Shown: in pieces, positions 10,351-20,832 of the stretch
Layout of the letters: the number at the start of each line of letters is the position of its first letter
How positions within the stretch are numbered: the first letter of the stretch is position 1
Origin: Pseudomonadota bacterium
Lineage (GTDB): Bacteria > Pseudomonadota > Gammaproteobacteria > Burkholderiales > Burkholderiaceae_D
Assembly (NCBI GenBank): GCA_041182625.1
Contig: JBEGNF010000010.1
Span: 7,222 to 71,221, forward strand
Reading direction: 5' to 3'
DNA: 64,000 nucleotides
The notes under the pieces: generated by a model
What the model saw: the letters and a program-made list of their open reading frames with translations, nothing else
The model's database searches: none
Told to the model about the DNA's origin: nothing
Translations under genes and position numbers: made by a program

Positions 10351-10393
10351 ACGCTATCGCGCCGCCAGCCCGACCGCCACTCAACGTTAGAAG

Positions 10394-11035
10394 ATGGGAA
10401 TGACTATGGTAGACAGCGTTTATCGCAAATCTGCAATCGATACCGAGATGCTCGGCATGGTGCCAATGGTGATCGAGCAGAGCGGCCGTGGCGAGCGCGC
10501 TTATGACATTTACTCTCGTCTGCTGAAGGAACGCGTGATCTTCATGGTGGGCCCGGTGAGTGATCAGACGGCGAATCTGGTGGTCGCGCAGCTGCTGTTC
10601 CTTGAGAGCGAGAATCCGGACAAGGACATTTCCCTCTATATCAATTCGCCTGGCGGTTCGGTCTCGGCTGGTCTGGCGATTTACGACACCATGCAGTTCA
10701 TCAAGCCGGACGTCTCCACCTTGTGCACCGGGCTGGCAGCCTCCATGGGTGCTTTTCTGCTGGCCGCCGGCGCCAAGGGCAAGCGTTTCTCGCTGCCGAA
10801 TTCCCGTGTGATGATCCATCAGCCGTTGGGCGGCGCACAGGGGCAGGCGTCGGACATCGAGATTCAGGCTCGCGAAATTCTCTACCTGCGCGAGCGGCTC
10901 AACAGCATCCTCTCCGAGAAGACCGGTCGCGATATCGAGCAGATCAGCCGGGACACCGACCGCGACAACTTCATGTCCGCCGAGCAGGCGGTCGAATACG
11001 GAATGATCGACAAGGTTTTGACCCACCGCACCTGA
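10394..11035 (+). CDS. clpP: ATP-dependent Clp protease proteolytic subunit (exact start uncertain)
   Basis: [43 protein letters not shown]. Confidence 0.97.
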   Translation: MGMTMVDSVYRKSAIDTEMLGMVPMVIEQSGRGERAYDIYSRLLKERVIFMVGPVSDQTANLVVAQLLFLESENPDKDISLYINSPGGSVSAGLAIYDTMQFIKPDVSTLCTGLAASMGAFLLAAGAKGKRFSLPNSRVMIHQPLGGAQGQASDIEIQAREILYLRERLNSILSEKTGRDIEQISRDTDRDNFMSAEQAVEYGMIDKVLTHRT

Positions 11036-11160
11036 GCATAGTATTTTTATAACAATTATCCTACCGGCAAAATATTGCTGCCGGGGAGGCGGTGCTCCTG
11101 CGTGACGGATTCTGATTTCGCAGGTAAGATCGAGCCAAATTCACCATTTCTGGTCAGTCC

Positions 11161-12429
11161 ATGTCCGAAAAAAAGTCGTCCAGCGGCGAAAAGTTGCTCT
11201 ACTGCTCATTCTGTGGGAAGAGCCAGCACGAGGTTAAAAAGCTGATCGCCGGCCCATCGGTATTCATCTGCGACGAATGTATTGATCTTTGCAATGACAT
11301 CATCCGGGACGAAGCCTCTACGGTTGAGACAGTTGCCACGCCGAAATCGGACCTTCCGACCCCTCAGGAAATCTGCGATTTGCTCGGCCAGTATGTGATC
11401 GGTCAGGAGACCGCGAAGCGCACACTCTCAGTCGCGGTCTACAACCACTATAAGCGTTTGCGTCATCTGGGCAAGAAAGACGAAGTCGAGCTTGCCAAGA
11501 GCAACATTCTGCTGATCGGCCCGACGGGCTCGGGGAAGACCCTGCTCGCCCAAACGTTGGCGCGCATGCTGAATGTGCCTTTCGTGATTGCCGACGCCAC
11601 CACGCTGACCGAGGCCGGCTATGTGGGTGAGGATGTCGAGAACATCATTCAGAAGCTACTTCAGAACTGCAACTACGAGGTAGAGAAAGCTCAGAAAGGT
11701 ATTGTCTATATTGATGAGATCGACAAGATCTCACGCAAATCGGACAATCCATCGATCACGCGCGATGTCTCCGGTGAAGGGGTTCAGCAGGCGCTGCTCA
11801 AGCTGATCGAGGGCACGATGGCCTCAGTGCCGCCGCAGGGTGGACGCAAACACCCGAATCAGGATTTCGTTCAGATCGACACGACGAACATCTTGTTCAT
11901 TTGCGGCGGTGCGTTCGACGGTCTTGCAAAGATCATTTCCAATCGCTCCGAGAAAAGCGGCATCGGTTTCTCAGCCGAGGTGAAGAGCCAGTCGGAGCGC
12001 ACAGCGAGCGAAGTCATGACCGGCGCAGAGCCCGAGGACTTGATCAAGTTCGGCCTCATTCCTGAGTTGGTTGGCCGCTTGCCTGTCGTGGCGACTTTGT
12101 CGGAGCTCACGGAAGAGGCACTGATACAGATCCTGCTGGAACCCAAGAACGCACTCATCAAACAGTACTCGAAGCTGCTCGAGATGGAAGGCGCTGAACT
12201 CGAGGTGCGTCCTGCGGCGCTGCATGCGATCGCCAAGAAGGCACTGGCTCGCAAGACCGGTGCACGAGGGTTGCGTTCGATCGTCGAGCATGCACTGCTC
12301 GATGTGATGTTTGAATTGCCAAATGAGCAAAATGTCGCCAAGGTCGTGATTGACGAGAACACAATCACGAATGGTGCGAAGCCTCTGCTGATCTATCACG
12401 AACAGCCCAAGGTCTCCGGCGCGAAGTAA
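11161..12429 (+). CDS. clpX: Clp protease ATP-binding subunit ClpX
   Basis: CSFCGKSQ zinc finger, GPTGSGKT Walker A, IGF loop, RGLR. Confidence 0.98.
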   Translation: MSEKKSSSGEKLLYCSFCGKSQHEVKKLIAGPSVFICDECIDLCNDIIRDEASTVETVATPKSDLPTPQEICDLLGQYVIGQETAKRTLSVAVYNHYKRLRHLGKKDEVELAKSNILLIGPTGSGKTLLAQTLARMLNVPFVIADATTLTEAGYVGEDVENIIQKLLQNCNYEVEKAQKGIVYIDEIDKISRKSDNPSITRDVSGEGVQQALLKLIEGTMASVPPQGGRKHPNQDFVQIDTTNILFICGGAFDGLAKIISNRSEKSGIGFSAEVKSQSERTASEVMTGAEPEDLIKFGLIPELVGRLPVVATLSELTEEALIQILLEPKNALIKQYSKLLEMEGAELEVRPAALHAIAKKALARKTGARGLRSIVEHALLDVMFELPNEQNVAKVVIDENTITNGAKPLLIYHEQPKVSGAK

Positions 12430-12762
12430 ACCCGGTAGGCCGAGTGGCCCCCGCCTGGCGTTGTTTTCGTCAAATTCCTGCAAAAATCGCAAAAAACTGC
12501 CAGAAAACGCTGTTTTATGTCAGTTTTTTGAACAAACAAAGTACAATCGACTCAACAACAATGCATCTCTGGGGACATTGCAGAGCGCTCGTGGCGAGCT
12601 CCGGGCGCTTTTTGGATGTCTTTGGATGTCAATGGGTCCTGTTGTCGCCTGTCAGTGCGTTTTTTTCTGCATTTTCTGGCCATAAACAGGATCAAACAGC
12701 CGATTTGTCAGGTTTTTAGGGCAAAAATGCATTAGCTGTTGTAAGGTTTGCCCGGCAAAGGA

Positions 12763-12791
12763 CTTGTGATTGGCCAAAACATGCCAACATA
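12763..12791 (+). promoter_or_regulatory. Putative sigma32 (RpoH)-type promoter of lon
   Basis: CTTGTGA-N14-CCAACATA resembles CTTGAAA-N13/14-CCCCATAT; lon is a known RpoH target in proteobacteria. Confidence 0.45.
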
Positions 12792-12819
12792 GGCCTCAGG
12801 TTTTATCAAAAGGCTCGCG

Positions 12820-15234
12820 ATGACGATCACTTCCCAATTCTCCGAACCCACCCAATTGCCGCTGCTGCCGCTGCGGGATGTGGTGGTGTTTCCGCATATG
12901 GTGATACCGCTGTTTGTTGGTCGTCCCAAATCCATCAAGGCACTCGAGGCTGCGATGGAGCAAGGCAAGAGCATCATGCTCGCAGCGCAGAAGGCGGCCG
13001 CCAAGGACGAGCCTTCCGCCGACGACATCTATGAAATCGGCTGTATCGCCAATATCTTGCAGATGCTCAAGCTGCCCGATGGCACCGTGAAGGTGCTGGT
13101 CGAGGGCGCGCAGCGCGCTCGCATCCACGAGATTACCGAGGTCGATACGCACTTTATGGCAGATTTGTCGCCGGTCGAATCCGAGCCGGGAGACGAGTCC
13201 GAGGTCGAGGCGATGCGTCGTGCGATCGTTCAGCAGTTCGATCAGTATGTGAAGCTCAACAAAAAGATACCGCCGGAGATCCTTACTTCGCTCGCCGGCA
13301 TCGATGATGCCGGCCGACTTGCCGACACCATCGCCGCGCACTTGCCGCTGAAGCTTGAGCAAAAACAGGTCATCCTGGAGATCTTCAATGTCGCCAAGCG
13401 ACACGAACATTTGCTCGGACAGCTCGAGGCGGAACTGGACATCCTGCAGGTCGAGAAGCGTATCCGTGGCCGCGTGAAGCGGCAGATGGAAAAATCGCAG
13501 CGAGAGTACTACCTGAACGAGCAGGTCAAAGCGATTCAGAAAGAACTCGGCGAGGGCGAGGAGGGCGCCGATCTCGAGGAGCTGGAAAAGAAGATCATTG
13601 CCGCAAAGATGCCGAAAGAGGCGCGCGAGAAGGCGCAAAGCGAACTCAAGAAGCTCAAGCTGATGTCACCCATGTCGGCCGAGGCCACGGTAGTCCGAAA
13701 CTATATCGATGTGCTGATCGGCCTGCCTTGGCGTAAAAAATCCAAGGTCAATAACGATCTGACCCATGCAGAGAAAGTGCTTGAGGACGATCACTACGGA
13801 CTCGACAAGATCAAGGAACGCATCCTGGAGTATCTCGCCGTGCAACAGCGAGTTGACAAGGTCAAGGCCCCCATCCTTTGCTTCGTCGGCCCGCCGGGTG
13901 TCGGCAAGACCTCGCTCGGACAATCGATTGCGCGCGCGACGAACCGCAAGTTCGTCCGCATGGCACTTGGTGGTGTGCGTGACGAGGCTGAGATCCGCGG
14001 CCATCGTCGTACCTACATAGGCTCCATGCCGGGCAAGATCCTGCAGAGCCTGACCAAGACGGGAGTGCGCAACCCGCTGTTCCTGCTCGACGAGATCGAC
14101 AAGCTCGGCCAGGATTTTCGTGGCGATCCGGCATCGGCGCTGCTGGAAGTGCTGGACCCTGAGCAGAACCATACGTTCGCCGATCATTACGTTGAGGTTG
14201 ATTTCGATCTATCGGACGTGATGTTCGTTGCAACCGCCAATTCGCTGAATATTCCAATGGCGCTGCTTGACCGTATGGAAGTCATTCGCCTGTCGGGTTA
14301 CACCGAGGATGAGAAGACCAGCATTGCTCAGCGTTACCTGCTGCCGAAACAGATCAAGAACAATGGTCTGAAAGATAACGAGATCAGCGTTGCCGAATCT
14401 GCGGTACGGGACATCATCCGCTACTACACGCGAGAGGCAGGCGTTCGTTCGCTCGAGCGCGAAATTTCCAAGATCTGCCGCAAGGTGGTCAAGATGCTGC
14501 TGCTTAAAAAGCAGGAGAAGAAAATCACCGTCACTGGCAAGAACCTCAGCAAATTTCTCGGTGTGCGCCGCTATGATTTTGGTGTCGCCGAAAAAGATAA
14601 TCAAATCGGACAAGTGGTCGGTCTGGCCTGGACCGAAGTCGGTGGCGACTTGCTCACTATCGAAGCGATGACCATGCCGGGCAAGGGCAATGTGATCCGC
14701 ACCGGCACGCTGGGCGATGTGATGAAAGAATCCATCGAGGCCGCGCGTACGGTCGTGCGAAGCCGGTCGAAGGTGCTAGGTATCAAAAACGATGTGTTCG
14801 ACAAGACCGATATTCATATTCATGTACCCGAGGGTGCGACACCGAAAGACGGTCCGTCGGCAGGTATTGCGATGACCACGGCATTGGTATCGGTATTCAC
14901 CGGTATTCCGGTTCGTGCGGATGTCGCGATGACAGGCGAGATCACACTGCGCGGCGAGGTGCTGCCTATTGGCGGGCTGAAGGAAAAACTGCTCGCTGCG
15001 CTGCGCGGTGGCACCAAGACCGTGTTGATTCCCGATCAGAATGTGAAAGATCTCGCAGAGATTCCCGAAAACGTGAAAAATCGTCTCGAGATTGTTCCTG
15101 TGAAATGGATAGACAAGGTGCTGGAGATCGCGCTGGAGCGTCAGCCTGTTCCTCTGACTGATGAAGAAGCCGCACCAGAGCCCGCGGTTGCCTCGGCAGA
15201 TGACAAGTCGAAGACACCGGTGGTCAAGCACTGA
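12820..15234 (+). CDS. lon: Lon protease
   Basis: [11 protein letters not shown]-domain, [16 protein letters not shown] catalytic Ser motif. Confidence 0.98.
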   Translation: MTITSQFSEPTQLPLLPLRDVVVFPHMVIPLFVGRPKSIKALEAAMEQGKSIMLAAQKAAAKDEPSADDIYEIGCIANILQMLKLPDGTVKVLVEGAQRARIHEITEVDTHFMADLSPVESEPGDESEVEAMRRAIVQQFDQYVKLNKKIPPEILTSLAGIDDAGRLADTIAAHLPLKLEQKQVILEIFNVAKRHEHLLGQLEAELDILQVEKRIRGRVKRQMEKSQREYYLNEQVKAIQKELGEGEEGADLEELEKKIIAAKMPKEAREKAQSELKKLKLMSPMSAEATVVRNYIDVLIGLPWRKKSKVNNDLTHAEKVLEDDHYGLDKIKERILEYLAVQQRVDKVKAPILCFVGPPGVGKTSLGQSIARATNRKFVRMALGGVRDEAEIRGHRRTYIGSMPGKILQSLTKTGVRNPLFLLDEIDKLGQDFRGDPASALLEVLDPEQNHTFADHYVEVDFDLSDVMFVATANSLNIPMALLDRMEVIRLSGYTEDEKTSIAQRYLLPKQIKNNGLKDNEISVAESAVRDIIRYYTREAGVRSLEREISKICRKVVKMLLLKKQEKKITVTGKNLSKFLGVRRYDFGVAEKDNQIGQVVGLAWTEVGGDLLTIEAMTMPGKGNVIRTGTLGDVMKESIEAARTVVRSRSKVLGIKNDVFDKTDIHIHVPEGATPKDGPSAGIAMTTALVSVFTGIPVRADVAMTGEITLRGEVLPIGGLKEKLLAALRGGTKTVLIPDQNVKDLAEIPENVKNRLEIVPVKWIDKVLEIALERQPVPLTDEEAAPEPAVASADDKSKTPVVKH

Positions 15235-15255
15235 TCTTGTTCAAGCACCAAGAAG

Positions 15256-15279
15256 AAGCGCTCTTAGGAGCGCTTTTTT
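15256..15279 (+). terminator. Rho-independent terminator after lon
   Basis: AAGCGCTC-TTAG-GAGCGCTT followed by a T run. Confidence 0.85.
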
Positions 15280-15506
15280 GATGCAAAATTTCTATGCTGG
15301 TCGAAATTCTTTCGACAAGACTTTTTGTGCTGTGCACGAGCAACATCGGCGATACGATGCGCAAGACTTGCGTAATCAACGAGTTAGCAGCGTTTTGTCA
15401 TTGCAAACCAGATGTTTCAGATAATGACAGACATTTCTAGTTTGTTTTGTAAGGTTTATTAGATCGGATATTCATCTTTTTTAAATGGTGTTATCAGGTA
15501 AATTTC

Positions 15507-15536
15507 TTGACACTAACGGGTGGCGACGAGTCTAAT
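15507..15536 (+). promoter_or_regulatory. Putative sigma70 promoter of hupB
   Basis: TTGACA-N18-TCTAAT about 95 nt upstream of the GTG start. Confidence 0.4.
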
Positions 15537-15630
15537 ATTCAGTGCAGACAACTCTGCACATCGTGCTGTCGCATAGTGCAAGCGTTCCGACAGCGGGAAC
15601 AAATTCAACAACACGTCCCAGGGGGAGTCA

Positions 15631-15903
15631 GTGAACAAAACTGAACTGATAGATGAAATCGCCAAAGCGGCGGACATCTCCAAGGCTTCTGCCAGCCGCG
15701 CGCTGGAAGCCGTAATTGAATCGATAACCTCTACACTGAAGCATGATGGTTCAGTGACCCTGGCTGGTTTCGGAACCTTTGCCGTCACCGCTCGCGCGGC
15801 TCGCACGGGTCGCAACCCGCGCACCGGAGAGGAGATCAAGATCGGTGCTTCCAAGGTGCCGAAATTTAAGCCTGGCAAAGCTTTGAAAGATGCGCTAAAC
15901 TAG
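15631..15903 (+). CDS. hupB: DNA-binding protein HU
   Basis: [25 protein letters not shown]; usual lon-hupB-ppiD synteny. Confidence 0.95.
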   Translation: MNKTELIDEIAKAADISKASASRALEAVIESITSTLKHDGSVTLAGFGTFAVTARAARTGRNPRTGEEIKIGASKVPKFKPGKALKDALN

Positions 15904-15981
15904 CGGTTTTTCCGACGTCGTGACAACGTTGGAGTTGGCTGACTAAGTCGAAACGAGCGATCAAAGTGAGCGAAGTTTCAA

Positions 15982-16057
15982 GGGTGCTTAGCTCAGTTGG
16001 TAGAGCGGCGCCCTTACAAGGCGTAGGTCGGGAGTTCGAGCCTCTCAGCACCCACCA
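15982..16057 (+). tRNA. tRNA-Val (anticodon TAC)
   Basis: 76-nt cloverleaf, GCGCC-CTTACAA-GGCGT anticodon arm, CCA end. Confidence 0.97.
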
Positions 16058-16086
16058 AGCAGCCAGCAAGCAGTTTATGTAGTATT

Positions 16087-16163
16087 GGAGTGGTAGTTCA
16101 GTCGGTTAGAATACCGGCCTGTCACGCCGGGGGTCGCGGGTTCGAGTCCCGTCCACTCCGCCA
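16087..16163 (+). tRNA. tRNA-Asp (anticodon GTC)
   Basis: 77-nt cloverleaf, CCGGC-CTGTCAC-GCCGG anticodon arm, CCA end. Confidence 0.97.
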
Positions 16164-16169
16164 AAACCC

Positions 16170-16198
16170 AAAAGGCGAACCCTGTGTTCGCCTTTTTT
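16170..16198 (+). terminator. Rho-independent terminator after the tRNA pair
   Basis: AAAAGGCGAAC-CCTGT-GTTCGCCTTTT plus further T. Confidence 0.85.
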
Positions 16199-16295
16199 CA
16201 TATGCAGTCCGATAGAGTAGTCCAAGGGCAGCCCATTAGAACGAGTGCCGGTTGTGTATCAGCGACCGACCAAAGACTTCACAGAGTACTTGCAC

Positions 16296-18218
16296 ATGCT
16301 TGAATTCATCCGTACCCACCAGCGTCTGATGCAGTTCTTGCTGCTTCTGATCATTCTCCCTTCGTTTGCCTTCTTTGGCATCGAGAGCTATCTGCGTATG
16401 GACGGCAATGAGCCTCCGGTTGCCAAAGTCGCCGGCCAGAGTATCACTCAGCGCGAGTGGGAGGCGGCGCAGGAGCGCCAGGTTGAACGCTTCAGGCAAG
16501 TGTTTGGCGAGCAGTTCAATCCGGCGATGCTCGATAACCCGGAAGCGCGTCAGGGTGTGCTCGAAAATCTGGTCGCGCAAAAGGCCTTGTCAGCGCACGT
16601 GATGGATAATCATCTGACCGTCTCGAACGACACCTTGCGCAATACCATTCTCGAGATTCCCGGTCTGAGAGATCCGGATGGACAATTCAATAAAGAGCGT
16701 TACCAGCAGCTCCTTGCAGCGCAGGGCCTAACACCCGAGAAGTTCGAGGCGGGCCTTCGGCATGACATGGCCGTGCAGCAGCTCAATGCCGTGGTTCAAG
16801 GTACCGCATTCTCTCCGAAATCGGTCGCCGCTCGTATCTCGGCACTGAACCAGCAAGTTCGCGAAGTACAAGAACTGTCCTTCACGCCACAGTCTTTCCG
16901 TTCACAGGTCAAGCCTACCGATGCGATGATTGAGGAGTACTACAACAAGCACCCCTCACAGTATGAACAGCCTGAGACCGTCAAGGCCGAGGTCGTCGTG
17001 TTCAATCCCGATATTGTCGAGTCGCGCATCGAAATTACCGACGCCGATACCAAGGCGTATTACGAACAGAATCTTGCGCGCTACCGTACGGATGAGCAGC
17101 GCCGCGCCAGCCACATTCTGATCAATTCAGGCCGTGAGGCAGCGGCTGCCGACAAGGCCGCCGCCAAGGCCAAGGCAGAAAAACTACTCGAGCAATTGCG
17201 CAAGAACCCGAACGATTTTGCCAAACTGGCGAAAGAGAACTCGCAGGATCCCGGATCGGCTGAGCGCGGCGGCGATCTGGATTTCTTCGGCAAGGGTATG
17301 ATGGTCAAGCCGTTTGAGGATGCAGCCTACGCGCTGAAAGAAGGCGAGATCAGCAACGTGGTGCAGTCAGATTTTGGCTTTCACATCATCCGTGTCACGG
17401 CGATCAAGCCGGCAACCGTCCGTCCGCTGACAGAAGTAAAGGCCAATATCGCTGATGAGTTGCGCCGCCAGCAAGCGGGTAAGAAGTATGCGGAGATGGC
17501 CGAGATCTTCACCAACATGGTGTACGAACAATCGGATAGCCTCAAGCCGGTTGCCGACAAACTGGGTCTCAGAATCGAGACCATCAGCGGCCTGACCCGC
17601 AAGCCTAACCCGGCACTGCCAAAGACCGCCGCCTTCAACCAGGCCAAATTCCTGAATGCGCTGTTCTCCGACGAGTCGACGCAATCAAAACGCAATACCG
17701 AAGCGATCGAAGTCAGTCCGCGATTTCTGATTGCCGGACGCGTGATCGACTACAAGCCTGTCACGCGCATTCCGCTGGAGCAGGTAAAAAAACAGGTCGA
17801 GGAGACGGTCATCGCGATCGAGGCAGAGAAGCTCGCGATCACCGCCGGCGAAACCAAGCTGGCCGAACTCAAGAACGGGGGCAGCGCTGATTTTGGTGCG
17901 TCCAAGCCGGTGTCGCGAAACAGCGCCGGAGGCCTGCCACCCCCTGCAATGAACGCGATCATGAAAGCCAACCCGGCCAAGTTGCCGGCCTATGTTGGCG
18001 TGGACCTCGGTGGCATGGGCTACCGCATCTTCAAGATCAGCAAGGTCACCGAAGAGGCAGGCGATGACGCTGCGATGAAGGCCGAGCAGCAGCAGGTAAA
18101 TGAATTCCTTGCCGCGCAGGAGATGGCGGCCTATCTTGGCGTGATCAAGAAGCGTGCGAAAGCAGAGATCCTCGCGCCGGTCGCCACTGCCAAGTCGCCA
18201 CAGGCAGCGACCAAGTAA
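16296..18218 (+). CDS. ppiD: PpiD-like periplasmic folding chaperone (SurA N-domain plus parvulin domain)
   Basis: N-terminal TM anchor, RRASHILI, SQDPGSAERGGDLDFF..MVKPFE..FGFHII. Start set at ATG 16296 (MLEFIRTH). Confidence 0.9.
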   Translation: MLEFIRTHQRLMQFLLLLIILPSFAFFGIESYLRMDGNEPPVAKVAGQSITQREWEAAQERQVERFRQVFGEQFNPAMLDNPEARQGVLENLVAQKALSAHVMDNHLTVSNDTLRNTILEIPGLRDPDGQFNKERYQQLLAAQGLTPEKFEAGLRHDMAVQQLNAVVQGTAFSPKSVAARISALNQQVREVQELSFTPQSFRSQVKPTDAMIEEYYNKHPSQYEQPETVKAEVVVFNPDIVESRIEITDADTKAYYEQNLARYRTDEQRRASHILINSGREAAAADKAAAKAKAEKLLEQLRKNPNDFAKLAKENSQDPGSAERGGDLDFFGKGMMVKPFEDAAYALKEGEISNVVQSDFGFHIIRVTAIKPATVRPLTEVKANIADELRRQQAGKKYAEMAEIFTNMVYEQSDSLKPVADKLGLRIETISGLTRKPNPALPKTAAFNQAKFLNALFSDESTQSKRNTEAIEVSPRFLIAGRVIDYKPVTRIPLEQVKKQVEETVIAIEAEKLAITAGETKLAELKNGGSADFGASKPVSRNSAGGLPPPAMNAIMKANPAKLPAYVGVDLGGMGYRIFKISKVTEEAGDDAAMKAEQQQVNEFLAAQEMAAYLGVIKKRAKAEILAPVATAKSPQAATK

Positions 18219-18291
18219 AGTGCAGCTGAGCTCGGTCGCATCTTTCTGAGGTTTTCAGCGAGATGCCCGAGCGATCAGAGTGTCCCGCACC

Positions 18292-19356
18292 TCACCGCTC
18301 GTTGTTGAGTAGCGTCGCTGCGGCCGAGGCAAAGGCGGCGGCCGAAATATCCATCAGGTTGACCTGCAGCGCGTCATGGTACCCGCTGAAATTGCGATTG
18401 ATCGATTTCAGATACGCGGGATCGTAATGCTGGGTCAGTAGCGTTTCCACCAGTTGCGGTATGTTCCCTGACTCAGCCAGTGCGCGCCATGCACTGATCT
18501 TGTCGCGGCCGTGCAGTGGTGTCAGGTGCTCTAGCTGAGAGATCAGCTGTGTTATGTCGGCCGCCAGGTGAGGATAATCTTCGATCAGCAGTTGAACGCG
18601 ATTCGCGTCACTGATATTGATCCGTATGCAGGCTGATGCGCGTATGACTTCCATCAGTTTCTCGGGTACGCGCAGATTGCCGATCTTCTTGCTTTCCGAC
18701 TCGACAAACACCTGGCGCTCCGGATGGAACTGTCGTAGCGTCTGCCAGACTTGGCTCTCGAACATTTTCTGGGAAGGTTGGGGCTCTCCGGGAAGGCCAC
18801 CGAGCAAAGAACCTCGGTGCGCCGCGAGCTTTTCCAGGTCGAGTACCTGAGCGCCCATCGCGGCGAGCGTTCCCAGCAAACGGCTCTTGCCGCTTCCCGT
18901 TGTGCCGCACACCACCTGAAAACGAAAGTGTCCGGCCATCTCGTCGATTTGAGTGACCAGGTGCTGCCGGTAGGCCTTGTAGCCGCCTTCGAGCTGTACT
19001 GCTGGCCAGCCTATCTTGGCCAGGATATGCGCCATCGCGCCGCTGCGATTACCACCCCGCCAGCAGTAGACCAGAGGTCGCCAGCTTTTAGGATGGTCGG
19101 CAAAATGCGTTTGGAGGTGTGATGCGATATTGCGCGCGACAATGGCTGCGCCGATTTTCTTTGCCTTGAAAGGGCTGTCCTGCTTGTACAGCGTACCCAC
19201 CATGACGCGTTCGTCATCATGCAGTACCGGGCAGTTGATTGCGCCGGGAACATGGTCGAGCGCGAACTCGGACTCGGAACGCACATCGATGACCGTATCG
19301 AAGGCCGCTATATCGGACAGCGCGTCGCCGGCAGAGAGCAGAGCGGGATATTTCAT
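18292..19356 (-). CDS. mnmH: tRNA 2-selenouridine synthase MnmH/SelU
   Basis: Rhodanese domain (DVRSESEF, YCWRGGNRSG), GTTGSGKS P-loop, DLEKLAAHRGS. Start probably ATG 19356. Confidence 0.93.
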   Translation of the reverse strand: MKYPALLSAGDALSDIAAFDTVIDVRSESEFALDHVPGAINCPVLHDDERVMVGTLYKQDSPFKAKKIGAAIVARNIASHLQTHFADHPKSWRPLVYCWRGGNRSGAMAHILAKIGWPAVQLEGGYKAYRQHLVTQIDEMAGHFRFQVVCGTTGSGKSRLLGTLAAMGAQVLDLEKLAAHRGSLLGGLPGEPQPSQKMFESQVWQTLRQFHPERQVFVESESKKIGNLRVPEKLMEVIRASACIRINISDANRVQLLIEDYPHLAADITQLISQLEHLTPLHGRDKISAWRALAESGNIPQLVETLLTQHYDPAYLKSINRNFSGYHDALQVNLMDISAAAFASAAATLLNNER

Positions 19357-19385
19357 CAGGGCGTTAGCAGGCGATGCCTCGTTTT

Positions 19386-20036
19386 TTATTTGAGCCAAGT
19401 GCGCAGCACCGGCCAGACATTGTCGAGCATGATAGCTTGTGCCTTCTGATTCGGATGTATCCGATCAGGTTGGAAGTATTGCTCGGTGTCTTCCAGTCCC
19501 TCCAGCAGAAAAGGTACCAGCTTGACGGATTTTTCTCGGCTCAGCCCCTGGTACATGGCAGCAAAGCGCTTGCTGTAATCCACGCCATAGTTGGGCGGAA
19601 GGCGCATGCCGACCAAGAGCACTCGGGCGCCGCTGCCAGTCGATGCCGTGATCATCTCGCGCAGATTGGATTGCGTAGCAGCCAGCGACAAGCCTCGCAA
19701 CCCATCATTGCCCCCCAGCTCGAGGATGACGATCGACGGCTTATGCTGCTCCAGCAGGGCAGGTAGCCGGGTCTTGCCGCCGGCGGTCGTCTCGCCGCTG
19801 ATACTGGCATTGACCACGCTGAACGACATCTTGTCCGCTCGGAGTTGTTTGTCGAGCAGGCTGACCCAGCCAGTGCCACGTGGCAGCCCATATTCTGCGG
19901 ACAGGCTGTCGCCGAGCACGAGCACGGTTTTTGTTGCAGAATGCGCGCTGCCGGATGCAAGCAGCCCGAGTACCAGCAAGGCAGCCAGCGTCAGCGCGCG
20001 TGCCAAGCGGCAAAACAATGCACCAGAGCGGCCCAT
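19386..20036 (-). CDS. tesA: Arylesterase / acyl-CoA thioesterase I (SGNH hydrolase)
   Basis: GDSLSA, NASISGETT, ELGGNDGLRG, DRIHP. Start probably ATG 20036. Confidence 0.9.
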   Translation of the reverse strand: MGRSGALFCRLARALTLAALLVLGLLASGSAHSATKTVLVLGDSLSAEYGLPRGTGWVSLLDKQLRADKMSFSVVNASISGETTAGGKTRLPALLEQHKPSIVILELGGNDGLRGLSLAATQSNLREMITASTGSGARVLLVGMRLPPNYGVDYSKRFAAMYQGLSREKSVKLVPFLLEGLEDTEQYFQPDRIHPNQKAQAIMLDNVWPVLRTWLK

Positions 20037-20121
20037 GGCGCTTACTGTGCTGAATACGCTGAAGCTTTCGATCGCGAATGTACGCTCTGTTAAACGCAGT
20101 CCCTCTTTTGATTGATCCTGC

Positions 20122-20832
20122 ATGCCCGAACACTCCCTGCCACTGCCGTTGATCGATGTGACCGGACTCACCAAGCGAGTCGCCGATGCCAGCGGTGAGC
20201 TGACGATACTGAACGATATTCATTTTACCGTGCGCTCTGGCTCGACGGTCGCGCTGGTGGGTGCGTCGGGCTCGGGCAAATCAACGCTACTTGGCTTGCT
20301 CGCCGGCTTGGATTTACCTTCATCCGGCAAGGTACTGATTAATGGCACCGATCTGTACGCGCTCGATGAAGATGGTCGCGCGGCTTTGCGCAAGTCGCAG
20401 CTGGGGTTCGTTTTCCAGTCATTTCAGTTGCTCTCTCACCTGACCGCGCTGGAGAATGTGATGCTGCCCCTCGAACTGCGCGCTGATCCGCATGCGCGCC
20501 AGAAAGCAGAGCAGATGCTGGGGCGTGTCGGGCTGGCACAGCGACTGCGGCACTATCCGAAATTTTTATCCGGTGGCGAACAGCAGCGTGTTGCGCTGGC
20601 TCGTGCCTTCGTCACCGACCCGCCTCTGCTACTGGCCGATGAGCCCACTGGCAGTCTGGACGCAGCCACCGGTGAAGCCGTGATCGATCTGATGTTCACG
20701 CTGAACCGCGAGCAGGGATCGACGCTCGTGCTGGTGACGCATGACCCGTCGATTGCGGCGCGCTGCGAACGCACGCTGACCATCGCCGCCGGTCGGCTGG
20801 TTGCCGACAGCGCTCAGCCGCGATCAAGCTGA
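20122..20832 (+). CDS. ybbA: ABC transporter ATP-binding protein, YbbA/LolD-like
   Basis: [23 protein letters not shown]; divergent from tesA as in E. coli. Confidence 0.85.
   Translation: MPEHSLPLPLIDVTGLTKRVADASGELTILNDIHFTVRSGSTVALVGASGSGKSTLLGLLAGLDLPSSGKVLINGTDLYALDEDGRAALRKSQLGFVFQSFQLLSHLTALENVMLPLELRADPHARQKAEQMLGRVGLAQRLRHYPKFLSGGEQQRVALARAFVTDPPLLLADEPTGSLDAATGEAVIDLMFTLNREQGSTLVLVTHDPSIAARCERTLTIAAGRLVADSAQPRSS

Noticed and set aside
9373-14613. Long antisense ORFs over tig, clpP, clpX and lon (e.g. 9373-10197, 10298-11026, 12796-13638)
   Set aside because: These are shadow frames expected from GC3-biased coding on the opposite strand, with no recognisable motifs.
8889-16163. tRNA-Leu, tRNA-Val and tRNA-Asp as possible integration sites
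   Set aside because: No integrase and no duplicated tRNA 3' end were found, and the flanking genes are in normal core synteny.
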